Below, one piece after another: positions 1-8,321 of a DNA stretch of 60,027 bases. This stretch comes from an uncultured Thermoanaerobaculia bacterium (GTDB lineage: Bacteria; Acidobacteriota; Thermoanaerobaculia; Thermoanaerobaculales; Sulfomarinibacteraceae). Numbering within the stretch: position 1 is the first letter of the stretch; each line of letters starts with the position of its first letter. Under the pieces are notes generated by a model that made no database searches, was not told the origin of the DNA, and was given only the letters and a program-made list of their open reading frames with translations. Position numbers and translations under genes: made by a program. The DNA lies in contig CAYTTB010000007.1 in assembly GCA_964440565.1 (NCBI GenBank), forward strand, positions 3,966 to 63,992, given 5' to 3'.

Positions 1-252
1 CTCGCTCGCTCTCCCCACGGGGCCCGGTCCGGGCGGCCCCCCGCGGCTCCGCGTTGGCAAGGCGCCGGAGAGCCAGATCGTACAGCTCCGCGCTGCGCTC
101 GAGCTGGCCCTCCCGTTCCAGCATCTCGCCGTAGCGGAGCGCGATCCAGCGAGCCCCTCCTCGAACAGACGCCGCGCCTCCTCGGACCGGCCCGCCCGCA
201 GCGCCTCCTCGGCGGGCTTCACCCACCGCCGGTTGATCTCGTGCCACTTCAT
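1..252 (-). pseudogene. TPR-like helical protein, frameshifted, running off the window edge
   Basis: ATG at 252 (TACACT 6 nt upstream) reads MKWHEINRRWVKPAEEALRAGRSEEARRLFEEGL. The TPR-like pattern continues in another frame as WIALRYGEMLEREGQLERSAELYDLAL. Confidence 0.45.
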
Positions 253-291
253 GCCGCCAGTGTACCCGGGGGGCGCTGCCGGACCACGGGT

Positions 292-1716
292 CTACGCCTC
301 CGGCACCACGGTGAGCGCCAGCAGGGTCTCCCGGTACACGGTGGCGACGGCGTGCAGGCCCCCGAGCCCGGCCGCGAGCTCCACCTCGCGGCCGCGCCGG
401 CGCCGCGGTGCGAGGTGGGCCGCGAGGCGCTCGAGCAGGCGGCGGAGGGAGGCGCCCTCGAGGGTCACGCCGGTCTCGCCGAGGGCGGCGTCGAGGGCGA
501 ACGCCTCGAGGAGCCTGTCCGCCTCGGCCTCGAAGAGCCGCGGGCCGCGGAAGAGCTCGAGGCCGAGCAGCCGTCCGTCCGCGAGCGCCGCGATGCCGCA
601 GGTGCCCTCGGGCAGGTCGAGCCGCTCCACGGCGGGACGCACCCGCTCGCGCGCGGCCTCGATGCCGTCCACCAGGGCCTCGGTGGTGGACGCCACGGCC
701 AGGGATGCGAGGCAGTGCCTCACCTCCGTCCACACCTCGGCCTGGCCCGCGTGTTCCGGGCCGTCCGGCCGGCAGGCGGCGCGGGAGCGCACCGCGGCCG
801 GAGCCACCGCCGCGATCCGGAACCGGCGCTCCGCGTCGTGCCACCGGCCCCGCTCCACGCACCGCACCGCGATCCGCTCCGTCCTGCCGGGCTCCACCAC
901 CGCGGGACGGGCCACCACCCGGTCCTGCTTGCCGCCCACCAGGATCACGCCCGGCGGCAGGAACACCGGGACCGGGCCGGTGTTCTCCACCAGGAGCTCG
1001 GGCACCGACCCGTGCTCGTCCACCTCCCGCACGATCACGGTCCCGTCCTCCACCGCCCCGGCCACGGGGCGCACCACCGGGTCCGCCCCGCCGGGGAGCG
1101 AGAGCGGCACCACCGTGAGCCCGTCGGCCTGGATCGCCTCCCCGATCTCCACCGCCTCGAGCGCCCGCCGGGCCGCGGCGGCGGCACGGCGGGGCTCGGC
1201 GGGGGGCCGGCGGGACGCGGCCCGGGGGGCGAGCCGCAGCAGCAGCCGGGTCTCGGGCAGCAGCGGCACCCCGCGCTCCCGCAGCCGGCGCTCGAGCCGG
1301 CGCGCCCTCCGCCGGTCGAGCCGCCCCCCGGCCCACGCGTCGAGCACCTCGGCGTGCGCCGCCTCCGACGGCGCGAGCGGCGGCTCGGGCGGCTCGAGGA
1401 CGGCGCGTTCGCCCTTCGCCGTGAGCGTCACGGCGAGCTCGATGGGCTTGCGGTACCCCGGGCTGCCCCCCGGGAGCACCTCGCCCTCGAGCTCGATCCA
1501 GCCGCGGTCGAGCAGGGAGGCGAGCCAGGCCGCCTCCTCGCGCGGCAGGTACCCGCACCCGTCGCCCGCCTCGTCCAGGACGCGGATCGCGTTGGGGTCG
1601 TGCGGGTTGTCCGGCTCGCGCGCGAGCTCGACGGGCTCTCCCTCCTCGAGCTCGGCCTCGGCGTACCGCAGCCCCACCACGTCCACCACCAGGGTCCCCA
1701 GCTCCGTGCGTTCCAT
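292..1716 (-). CDS. HIRAN domain fused to DUF6569 (ARPP-1 family) domain
   Basis: N-terminal VVGLRY...LAREPDNPHDPNAIRV...GYLPRE is the HIRAN signature. C-terminal SVPELLVENTG..PVFL..G.ILVGGKQDRVV...RCVERGRW matches DUF6569. GGAGGT SD before ATG 1716. Confidence 0.8.
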   Translation of the reverse strand: MERTELGTLVVDVVGLRYAEAELEEGEPVELAREPDNPHDPNAIRVLDEAGDGCGYLPREEAAWLASLLDRGWIELEGEVLPGGSPGYRKPIELAVTLTAKGERAVLEPPEPPLAPSEAAHAEVLDAWAGGRLDRRRARRLERRLRERGVPLLPETRLLLRLAPRAASRRPPAEPRRAAAAARRALEAVEIGEAIQADGLTVVPLSLPGGADPVVRPVAGAVEDGTVIVREVDEHGSVPELLVENTGPVPVFLPPGVILVGGKQDRVVARPAVVEPGRTERIAVRCVERGRWHDAERRFRIAAVAPAAVRSRAACRPDGPEHAGQAEVWTEVRHCLASLAVASTTEALVDGIEAARERVRPAVERLDLPEGTCGIAALADGRLLGLELFRGPRLFEAEADRLLEAFALDAALGETGVTLEGASLRRLLERLAAHLAPRRRRGREVELAAGLGGLHAVATVYRETLLALTVVPEA

Positions 1717-1817
1717 GGACACCTCCCCCGCCGGCGTACCCGGCCCCGGCGCACCGTGCGCCGGGGAGGAGCGCGTGCCCGCACCGGCGGTCGCATGCCC
1801 CCTACCTGGGGCCCGCT

Positions 1818-1836
1818 GCGGACAGGTACGGGCCGC
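1818..1836 (+). promoter_or_regulatory. 19-bp semi-palindromic site, copy 1 (GCGGAC-AGGTACG-GGCCGC)
   Basis: The same motif occurs at 5775, 7223 (inverted) and 12413. Function inferred. Confidence 0.7.
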
Positions 1837-1977
1837 GGGGCGTGGCGACCGCCCATGACGCCGCTCGTGCGAGGGCGACGCGGGTCGGTGGGAGACGCTC
1901 CGGGACGCCGTCCCCTCATCGATGCACGGCGCCGGGGGCCGCCTCGAGCCGCCGCGGAACGGCGGCCGCGCGGGGAC

Positions 1978-2005
1978 TTGACACGCGTTTTTTTTCTCCT
2001 ACGTT
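1978..2005 (+). promoter_or_regulatory. sigma70-like promoter TTGACA-N16-TACGTT with a T8 tract in the spacer
   Basis: Perfect -35 at 1978-1983 and TAnnnT at 2000-2005, upstream of the ORF at 2060. Confidence 0.6.
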
Positions 2006-2059
2006 TCCGCTGGGGGCAACAACCGACCCGTGCCGGCACGGCGAGAAGGAGGAGCACTC

Positions 2060-2260
2060 ATGGGGAGCGGAACGAGGTGGGTGCGGTTCTGGGGTTTGGT
2101 GGCCGCGTCGGCGCTGGCGGTGGCGACGCTCGCGCAACCCGTGGCGTACGCGCTGCGAACACGCTGCGTCCAGTTTCCGGACGGCTCGAGCGTTCACTGC
2201 GACGAGTTCTGCTTCGTGTACCGGGACGACGGATCGTACGCGGGCTGGATCCGCTCCTGA
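2060..2260 (+). CDS. Small secreted Cys-containing peptide (66 aa)
   Basis: Strong SD. Signal peptide ending in AYA, then LRTRCVQFPDGSSVHCDEFCFVYRDDGSYAGWIRS. Confidence 0.7.
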   Translation: MGSGTRWVRFWGLVAASALAVATLAQPVAYALRTRCVQFPDGSSVHCDEFCFVYRDDGSYAGWIRS

Positions 2261-2262
2261 GG

Positions 2263-3381
2263 ATGGAGGCGTCAGCCGTGTTCCGTCGGGTTGCCGTCTC
2301 GGTATCGCTCGCCGTCGCTGTCCTCGGGGCCCGGGTGCCCGCGCTCGCGGCAGGGGAGGTACGGCCCGTTCCGGTGCGAACGTTGCTTCCGGGCCGTGAT
2401 GAGGGCCGCGGCATGCAGTTCGCGTTCGCCGACCGGAAGGGACGGCTGGTCGTTCTCCGTACCGAGCCGCTCGAGACCTGGCGGCTGCAGCGTGACGGGA
2501 GCTGGGAGGGCCCTCGTCCCGCCGGCGATCCCCGAACCGCAGGCCTCTTCGTGCGCGACGCTGCCATGGACGCCTTCGGGGAACGGTTCCTCCTGCTTTC
2601 CGACGAGGATCTGTGGCTCGTGGAAGGGAACCGGTCGCGGGAGCTGCCCCCGTCCCGCTGGATGCCCACCGCGGTGGCGCTCCTGGGCGACGAGCCCGTG
2701 GTGGCTGTGCTGCCCATGGCCGCGGGCACGCCGTTTCCGCCTCGCGCCGGCGGGAACGCGGCGCCGCCGTTCCTCCTGAGGCTCCAGCACGACCGGTGGC
2801 GGGACCTCGTGCCGCGCCCCGCCACCGCCCCCAGCGGTGGGGTGAGAGAGTTGCTGGCGGAGTCCGCGGTGCGGCTCCTGAGTCCCGACCGGCGGACGCT
2901 GTGGGTGGCAGGGGAGTACGAGGGCGGGCTGCGCCGGTACAGCGCAGCGGGCCGCCTGCACGAGCGGTGGGAGCTTCCGGCGGCGTCCGGAGATCGCGAC
3001 GCCTCGGAGCGGGCGAGGGGGAGCGAGCGGTTGCGCGCCGAGCTCGAGGAGTCGGGAGTGGTGCTGGAGGGCGCCGGCGTGGGTGCGATGCCCCGCCGGG
3101 TGCGGGTGCGGGGCCTCGGTGCGGCGAGGGACGGCACGATCTACCTGCTGGTCTCGGGCGACGAGGGGGGCAGCCTCCTCTACCGGCACGATCCCGCGAG
3201 CGGAAGAACGATGCGCTGTGCCGTCGCGTTGGGAGGGGGGGGCCGGACGACCCTCGCGTGGAGCGGCGAGAGGTTGATCATCGCACCGCAGCCCGCGCGG
3301 GAGGCGGTGGTCGCCGTGTCGGGGGAGGATCTCGAGCGCGCGCCGTGGGAGGAGGTGACGCCCGTGGGTGGCGCGCGGTGA
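2263..3381 (+). CDS. Secreted hypothetical protein, beta-propeller-like
   Basis: ATG 2 nt after the peptide stop. Signal peptide, then repeated blade-like segments (DAAMDAFGERFLLL, SPDRRTLWVA, ARDGTIYLLV). Confidence 0.65.
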   Translation: MEASAVFRRVAVSVSLAVAVLGARVPALAAGEVRPVPVRTLLPGRDEGRGMQFAFADRKGRLVVLRTEPLETWRLQRDGSWEGPRPAGDPRTAGLFVRDAAMDAFGERFLLLSDEDLWLVEGNRSRELPPSRWMPTAVALLGDEPVVAVLPMAAGTPFPPRAGGNAAPPFLLRLQHDRWRDLVPRPATAPSGGVRELLAESAVRLLSPDRRTLWVAGEYEGGLRRYSAAGRLHERWELPAASGDRDASERARGSERLRAELEESGVVLEGAGVGAMPRRVRVRGLGAARDGTIYLLVSGDEGGSLLYRHDPASGRTMRCAVALGGGGRTTLAWSGERLIIAPQPAREAVVAVSGEDLERAPWEEVTPVGGAR

Positions 3382-3405
3382 GGGACCGGCGTCGCGCTGG
3401 TGCGG

Positions 3406-4095
3406 TCAGCCCGGGCCGCAGGCGAGGCGAAAGCGCGCGAACAGCTCCCGCGACCAGGTGTCGTCGAGATCCTCGGGGTGCCACTGGACGCCGATGACGG
3501 GGCGGCCGGGCTCGCCGCCCTCCACCGCCTCGATCACCCCGTCGGGAGCTCGCGCCGCGACCCGGAGATCTCCGGGATCGGCGATCCCCTGGTGGTGGCG
3601 GGAGTTCACCTCGAGCTCCTCCGGCAGCCACGCCAGGTGGACGGCTTCCCGGCTGCGCCGGACCGGGTGGCGCGGGAGGTGGCGGGGCCGCCCGTCGTCG
3701 GCGTGGCCGGGCAGGCCGGCTCGCTCGAGGTCCTGGATCAGCCGCCCCCCGTGCGCCACCGCGAGCAGCTGGCACCCGTAGCACACCGCCAGCACGGGAA
3801 GCCCCCGCTCCCGGGCGGCGGCGAGGAGCCGGAGGTCCAGCTCGTCCCGGGCCGGGTCGGTCTCGAGCGTCACCCCCGGCTCGGGCACCGCCCCGTACCG
3901 CCACGGCTCCACGTCCGGCCCGCCGGAAAGCAGCAGCCCGCCCGCTCCCGCGAGGGCGGCCCGCACCGCCTCCTCCGGCGTCGCCGGCGTCACCCAGACG
4001 AGCTCCTCCGGGCGCCCCCCGGCCCGCTCCCACGCCGCGCCGAACCGTTCCTCCTCGAACGGCCGCCTCACGCTCCGCACCGCCAGCACCCGCAC
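3406..4095 (-). CDS. Peptidase C26 / gamma-glutamyl-GABA hydrolase family (class I glutamine amidotransferase)
   Basis: Motifs GLLLSGGPDV.P..YG, PVLAVCYGCQ, VNSRHHQ and GVQWHPE. Confidence 0.9.
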   Translation of the reverse strand: MRVLAVRSVRRPFEEERFGAAWERAGGRPEELVWVTPATPEEAVRAALAGAGGLLLSGGPDVEPWRYGAVPEPGVTLETDPARDELDLRLLAAARERGLPVLAVCYGCQLLAVAHGGRLIQDLERAGLPGHADDGRPRHLPRHPVRRSREAVHLAWLPEELEVNSRHHQGIADPGDLRVAARAPDGVIEAVEGGEPGRPVIGVQWHPEDLDDTWSRELFARFRLACGPG

Positions 4096-4557
4096 CCGGC
4101 CAGTGTAGCGGCGGCGCCCACGCTCCGTGGCCGAGACGGCGGGCTCGCCGGTGAGGCACGCGCGTTCGGGTCCACCGGTGTGATGTGCGAGGGCAAGCCC
4201 GTCGCCGGCCGGTGGAGCGGGCGGACGGGCGGAGCCGGGGTGCCACGGGCCCACGGCACCAGGTTTCCCCGCCCGCGGGGAGCCACGGGCGGGCGGGAAA
4301 GGCAGCGGATCGCCGGGTGATGGAGGCGGCGGGCCGGAGGGACGAGGGGGGATGGGGGCGTGCCCGGGCGGCCTCCCGGAGGGCGAGGCGGCAGCTCGCC
4401 CCTGGGGGCGCGGCGGGCGTGACGGCGCCGGGCGGGGCGGTGCCCGTCACGGGATCGCCACGATTCGCCCCGGCACCGCCACCCGGGTTGCCCGTCCCGG
4501 CCACCTTCAGGTATGACCCTGGTGGGGGAACCGACCAGTTCCGGAAGGAGGATGGCG

Positions 4558-5706
4558 ATGGGAGCGGTGACGAGACGAGCAGGCAGGGTGGTCGGAACGC
4601 TGCTCGCCCTGGCGGCCGCGCCGGCCGTGGCCGCCGCCCAGGGGCTCGCCCCCGAGGTGGTGGCCGCCGACGCGGTGGTGGCCACGCCGGAGGGCGTGAT
4701 CACGGTCCAGGGCGATCTCGTCCGGCTGCTCGACGGCACCGGGCCCTCCTCCCGGACGGTGGCCTCGCTCCGCCTCCCCGCGCGGGCCCGCGTGATCTGG
4801 CGTGCAGGCTCCACGGTGGTGCTCGACTCGGCGGACCCCGCCGCGCCGCTGTACCCGGACATGTACCGGGTGGTGAACCCGGACGCGGAGGGCACCGAAC
4901 CCGCGGACCGGGTGATGGTGGTGGCGCGCGACGGTGCGCTCCACGAGGTCCGCCGGCGGTTCTTCGATTGGGACTACCTCACCTGCGACGGTCTCCGGGT
5001 GGCGCGGCAGGCCGTGGGGCCGCCGGGGGGATGGGCGCTCGACGACCTGCTGACGGGGGCGTTCGTGGACGCGGCGCAGGTGCTCGTGACGCACGAGGAC
5101 GGGACCGAGGGCCCGCCGCGGTTCGTCCAGGTCCCGCAGCCCGCGGGCCCCGGCCGCACGCTGCTGCCGGTGCACGACGTCCTGCTGCTCGAGGACCGCG
5201 AGACCGGGCTCGTGTGGCGGGCCGACGACCGCACGCCGATGATCAGCGGGCTGTGCGCGTCGCCGGACCGGTCGCTGGTGCTGGTGGGGCGGCAGGACGG
5301 GTCGCTCGAGGTGCGGCGGATCGCCGACGGCTCGCTGCTCTGGATGCGCGTGGGCGGCCGGGAGCTGGGCGCCGCGCTGCTCGAGGCGGAGCTGATCGGC
5401 CAGGAGGCGTACCTCGCCATGCCGGCGGATCCCGAGCCCGCGGGGTTCTCCGAGGTGAACACGGTCACGCCGGTCCCCGACGGGTGGCTGGTGTGGTGGA
5501 GCGACGCCGGCACGGCGCCGGCGAGCTGGCTCGAGCACGTGGCGTGCGGCGGGGCGGGGTGTAGGGCGCGGATTCTCCACCCCTCGGTGCTCCGCACCGA
5601 CGCGGCGATCGAGGCTGTGGTGACGGGTTCGGGCTCCTACGCCCTCGACGAGAACCAGGGGCTGCTGGTGCGCGACGCCACCGGCTGGCGGCGCGCGACG
5701 CCCTGA
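4558..5706 (+). CDS. Secreted hypothetical protein (WD40/propeller-like segments)
   Basis: SD AAGGAGG and a signal peptide. The segment SPDRSLVLVGRQDGSLEVRRIADG is WD40-like. Confidence 0.65.
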   Translation: MGAVTRRAGRVVGTLLALAAAPAVAAAQGLAPEVVAADAVVATPEGVITVQGDLVRLLDGTGPSSRTVASLRLPARARVIWRAGSTVVLDSADPAAPLYPDMYRVVNPDAEGTEPADRVMVVARDGALHEVRRRFFDWDYLTCDGLRVARQAVGPPGGWALDDLLTGAFVDAAQVLVTHEDGTEGPPRFVQVPQPAGPGRTLLPVHDVLLLEDRETGLVWRADDRTPMISGLCASPDRSLVLVGRQDGSLEVRRIADGSLLWMRVGGRELGAALLEAELIGQEAYLAMPADPEPAGFSEVNTVTPVPDGWLVWWSDAGTAPASWLEHVACGGAGCRARILHPSVLRTDAAIEAVVTGSGSYALDENQGLLVRDATGWRRATP

Positions 5707-5747
5707 CGCTCCCCCGCCGCCGGGGCGTCCCCGCGGCGCCCCGGCGG
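5668..5747 (+). repeat. 80-bp direct repeat, left copy (gene 3' end + GC hairpin)
   Basis: 76/80 identical to 7052-7131. Encodes VRDA.GWRRATP-stop followed by the hairpin CCGCCGGGGCG..CGCCCCGGCGG. Confidence 0.95.
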
Positions 5748-6001
5748 TCGCATGCCCCCTACCTGGGGCCCGCTGCGGACAGGTACGGGCCGCGGGGCGT
5801 GGCGACCGCCCATGACGCCGCTCGTGCGAGGGCGACGCGGGTCGGTGCGAGGCGCTCCGGGACGCTCCCCTCCTCGATACACCGCGCCGAGGGCCGCCCG
5901 GCTGCCGCGGAACGCAGGCGACGCGGGGACTCGACAGGCGTTTTTCCCCTTTCCCCTGCGCGCAACGACCGACCCGTGCCGGCACGGCGAGAAGGAGGAG
6001 C
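5741..6001 (+). repeat. Duplicated intergenic leader, copy B (contains 19-bp site copy 2 at 5775-5793)
   Basis: See copy A. The promoter hexamers are degenerate in this copy (TCGACA). Confidence 0.95.
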
Positions 6002-6002
6002 G

Positions 6003-6743
6003 ATGCGACGGAAGGACATCCCGGCCGTGGTGCGAGAGCTCGTGATCTTTGTGGCCGTGACGTGCGCTGCGCCCGCCGTGCGGCCGGCTCTCGCCCTTCT
6101 CGAGGGCTGATCTCTCTCTCTCGATGGCTCGACAAGGGTGCGGGCCGAGGAGCTGGGTGGGGGATCGTACCTCGTGACGTACGAGGGCCCCGAGGGCACG
6201 CTCGGGATCCTCGTCGCCCCGGGCTTGCTCGAGGCGGGCCCGTTCTCGGTTCGGATCGCGGGCGCGGGCACGGGCACCGCGGGTGAGTACGTGCTGGCCG
6301 TGGAGGCGCCATCGGGGACCGCCTCCGCGCGGGTGGTGTACGATCCGACCCGTGTGGCGGCGGGTTGTGACGGTCCGGCGCGGCTTGACGACGGCGCGGC
6401 CGTGGGCCAGCTGCTCGACGGGTTCGCGCGCTCCCGCGAGGGGATCCTCCTGCGCGAGGCGAGCGCCTTCATCCTCGAGCAGCTGGAGATCTCCGAGGGT
6501 ATGCTGCGGGATATGTCGCGCGCGGCAGCGTGCGAGTACCTCGGCCCGCCGGAGGGCGGTCCGCCGAACGACCTGTTCAGCTGGACGTGCCTGGGAGCGG
6601 TGTTCAACCAGGTCGCGGCGGGTGCGGCGATGGTCGCTGGCTGCGGTACGCCGGCGTGCGGACCGGCATACGGCTGGTGCTGCGCGTCCGGCGTGGCGTG
6701 GTACACGTCGGCGTTCATCGGAACGTGGACATCCTGTTCGTGA
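6003..6743 (+). pseudogene. Secreted precursor with a Cys/Gly/Ala-rich bacteriocin-like C-terminus, interrupted by an in-frame TGA (6108-6110)
   Basis: The signal-peptide ORF from 6003 and ORF 6138-6743 are in the same frame, separated by a single TGA. C-terminus: WTCLGAVFNQVAAGAAMVAGCGTPACGPAYGWCCASGVAWYTSAFIGTWTSCS. Confidence 0.6.
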
Positions 6744-6767
6744 GGGGCCGATGGGACAGGAGGGCGC

Positions 6768-7031
6768 ATGGCGTGGTGGGAGATCGTGACGGCGCTCGGT
6801 GCGCTCGCGTTCGGGCTCGAGCGGGTGGTGCACGCTGGCTCCCGGAGAGCGGGCGCAGGGACCACGGTGGTCGGGATCGCGCTTCTCGCAGCCGGTGTCG
6901 TGGCCGTCGCGCGGGGGGTGGCCCCGATCTCGGCGCGGAGCGCCCTCTGGGGTCTGACCGGTATCGTGTGTACCCTCGCGGCGGGTCTGCACCTGGCGCC
7001 GCCGTCCACGGGCGACTCCGGGGAGAGCTGA
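6768..7031 (+). CDS. Small 3-TM membrane protein (candidate immunity protein)
   Basis: 87 aa with three hydrophobic stretches. AGGAGG SD directly after the Cys-rich gene. Confidence 0.6.
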   Translation: MAWWEIVTALGALAFGLERVVHAGSRRAGAGTTVVGIALLAAGVVAVARGVAPISARSALWGLTGIVCTLAAGLHLAPPSTGDSGES

Positions 7032-7051
7032 CGCCGGGGGCGGACGGCGGC

Positions 7052-7131
7052 GTCCGCGACGCCGCGGGCTGGCGGCGCGCGACGCCCTGACGCTCCCCCG
7101 CCGCCGGGGCGTCCCCGCGGTGCCCCGGCGG
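7052..7131 (+). repeat. 80-bp direct repeat, right copy
   Basis: Orphan duplicate of the 3' end of gene 4558-5706. Confidence 0.95.
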
Positions 7132-7139
7132 CGGCCGAT

Positions 7140-7177
7140 CCCATGCCGCGTTGTGGCGGCGGCCGTCCCCGGCCGCC
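7140..7177 (+). repeat. REP-like palindromic element (second copy inverted at 53862-53899)
   Basis: 36/38 identical to the other copy. GTGG followed by the hairpin GGCGGCCG-TCCC-CGGCCGCC. Confidence 0.75.
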
Positions 7178-7222
7178 GTGGGCGGGGACGAGGGCGCCGC
7201 GGCGCCGGACCCCGGCCGGGGT

Positions 7223-7241
7223 GCGGACCGTACCTGTCCGC
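7223..7241 (-). promoter_or_regulatory. 19-bp site, copy 3 (inverted; perfect arms GCGGAC-N7-GTCCGC)
   Basis: Reverse complement is GCGGACAGGTACGGTCCGC. On the + strand it reads TGTCCG-N10-CACCCT towards gene 7274. Confidence 0.7.
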
Positions 7242-7273
7242 TGCCCGGCCCACCCTGGGGGGTGGAGGTCACC

Positions 7274-7630
7274 ATGAGGAGGACACGGATCGCCACCGTG
7301 CTCGCCCTCGCCGGGGCGCTCGCCGCGGTCACGGCCCTCGCCTGTTCCGGGATGGGCTGGGTCGAGGGCTGGTGGGTGGACCGCGACCGGGACCGGGTGG
7401 AGGCGACGTTCGGGCTCGCCGTGGACTGCGGCGGCGAGGCGACGCCGTGCGCCGGGGTGCTGGTGTGGGAGGTCACCTTCTCCGACGGCACCGCCCCCGT
7501 GCGCCGCCAGGGGAGCCTCGCCTGGAGCGCCACCGGCCGGGAGGTGCTCACCCTTACCGGCTCCCTGGCCATACCCGACGACGCGCCGGTCCTCGCCGTG
7601 CGCGTCGTCCGCACCACCTGCCAGCCCTGA
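7274..7630 (+). CDS. Small secreted protein or lipoprotein, beta-rich
   Basis: GGAGG SD, signal peptide ending ALAC (lipobox-like), and additional Cys residues. Confidence 0.7.
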   Translation: MRRTRIATVLALAGALAAVTALACSGMGWVEGWWVDRDRDRVEATFGLAVDCGGEATPCAGVLVWEVTFSDGTAPVRRQGSLAWSATGREVLTLTGSLAIPDDAPVLAVRVVRTTCQP

Positions 7631-7726
7631 CCGCCCCGCACGCGTGGGGTCGGCCGCGGGTTGAACGTGTCGTCGGGCCCCATGAGAATAGTGCGAGGAT
7701 GGACGATCACCTCAGCGCCTGGACCC

Positions 7727-8149
7727 CGCACGCTGTGGCTCCTGCACCGGGAAGGCTACGAGGTCGGGCGCTACATCAGCCTCGAGCGCATCGTCGAGGA
7801 GACGAAGGAGAGCTACTACGACGCCCTCCAACGGTCGTCCCAGGGCTGGCACGAGGGCGAGCACGATCTCGTCCCGTGGCTCGAGTACTTCCTGGGCGTG
7901 ATGCTGCTCGAGGCGTACCGCCGCTTCGAGGAGCGCACGGGGGAGCTGGCGAGCCGGTACGGAGCGAAGACGGCACAGGTCCTCGCCGCGTTCGAGAAGC
8001 TCCCCGAGGAGTTCCGATATCAGGACCTCGAACGAGCCTGCCCGAACGTGAGCCGGCCGACCTTCCACAGGGTGCTGCGGCGCCTGAAGCACGAAGGGCG
8101 CGTCGCCTGCGTACGGGGTGGACGCGACGCCCTGTGGAGGAAGCTGTGA
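7727..8149 (+). pseudogene. C-terminal fragment of a Fic-family protein (with wHTH tail)
   Basis: GYEVGRYISLERIVEETKESYYDALQRSSQGWHEG.HD..PWLEYFLG is the segment that follows the Fic motif. The HPFxDGNGR motif and the N-terminus are absent. Confidence 0.75.
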
Positions 8150-8321
8150 CCGCGAGGGTGCCTGGCGAACGGCTTCGGGGACACGTTAATGTGACCAAGA
8201 ACGTCTACTTGAGGCGCCGACCGTGGAGAGCGAGGCCGACGGGTGAATGAACCGGCGAATCGGGTGACAGTGGGGCGGCCTGGTCTCGGCGTATCGCTGC
8301 AGCCAGCGGAAGGAGTCACGC

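Larger units (their letters stand above)
1784..2055 (+). repeat. Duplicated intergenic leader, copy A (partner 5741-6001)
   Basis: 1784-1890 is identical to 5741-5847 and 2022-2055 is identical to 5968-6001. The middle is diverged but alignable. Ends in the SD AAGGAGGAG. Confidence 0.95.

Noticed and set aside
241-3381. 1046-aa ORF as a single protein
   Set aside because: The first two thirds is antisense to the HIRAN gene and crosses the leader. The signal peptide begins at ATG 2263.
4185-4330. Possible c-di-GMP-I riboswitch (GGGCAAGCCC...AGCCACGGG...GGCAGC)
   Set aside because: It lacks the GNRA-capped P2 and the GCAAA junction in the right order. An Infernal search would be needed to revive it.
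8178-8197. GGACAC-N6-GTGACC as a fifth 19-bp site
   Set aside because: The arms, spacing and core differ from the four-copy motif.
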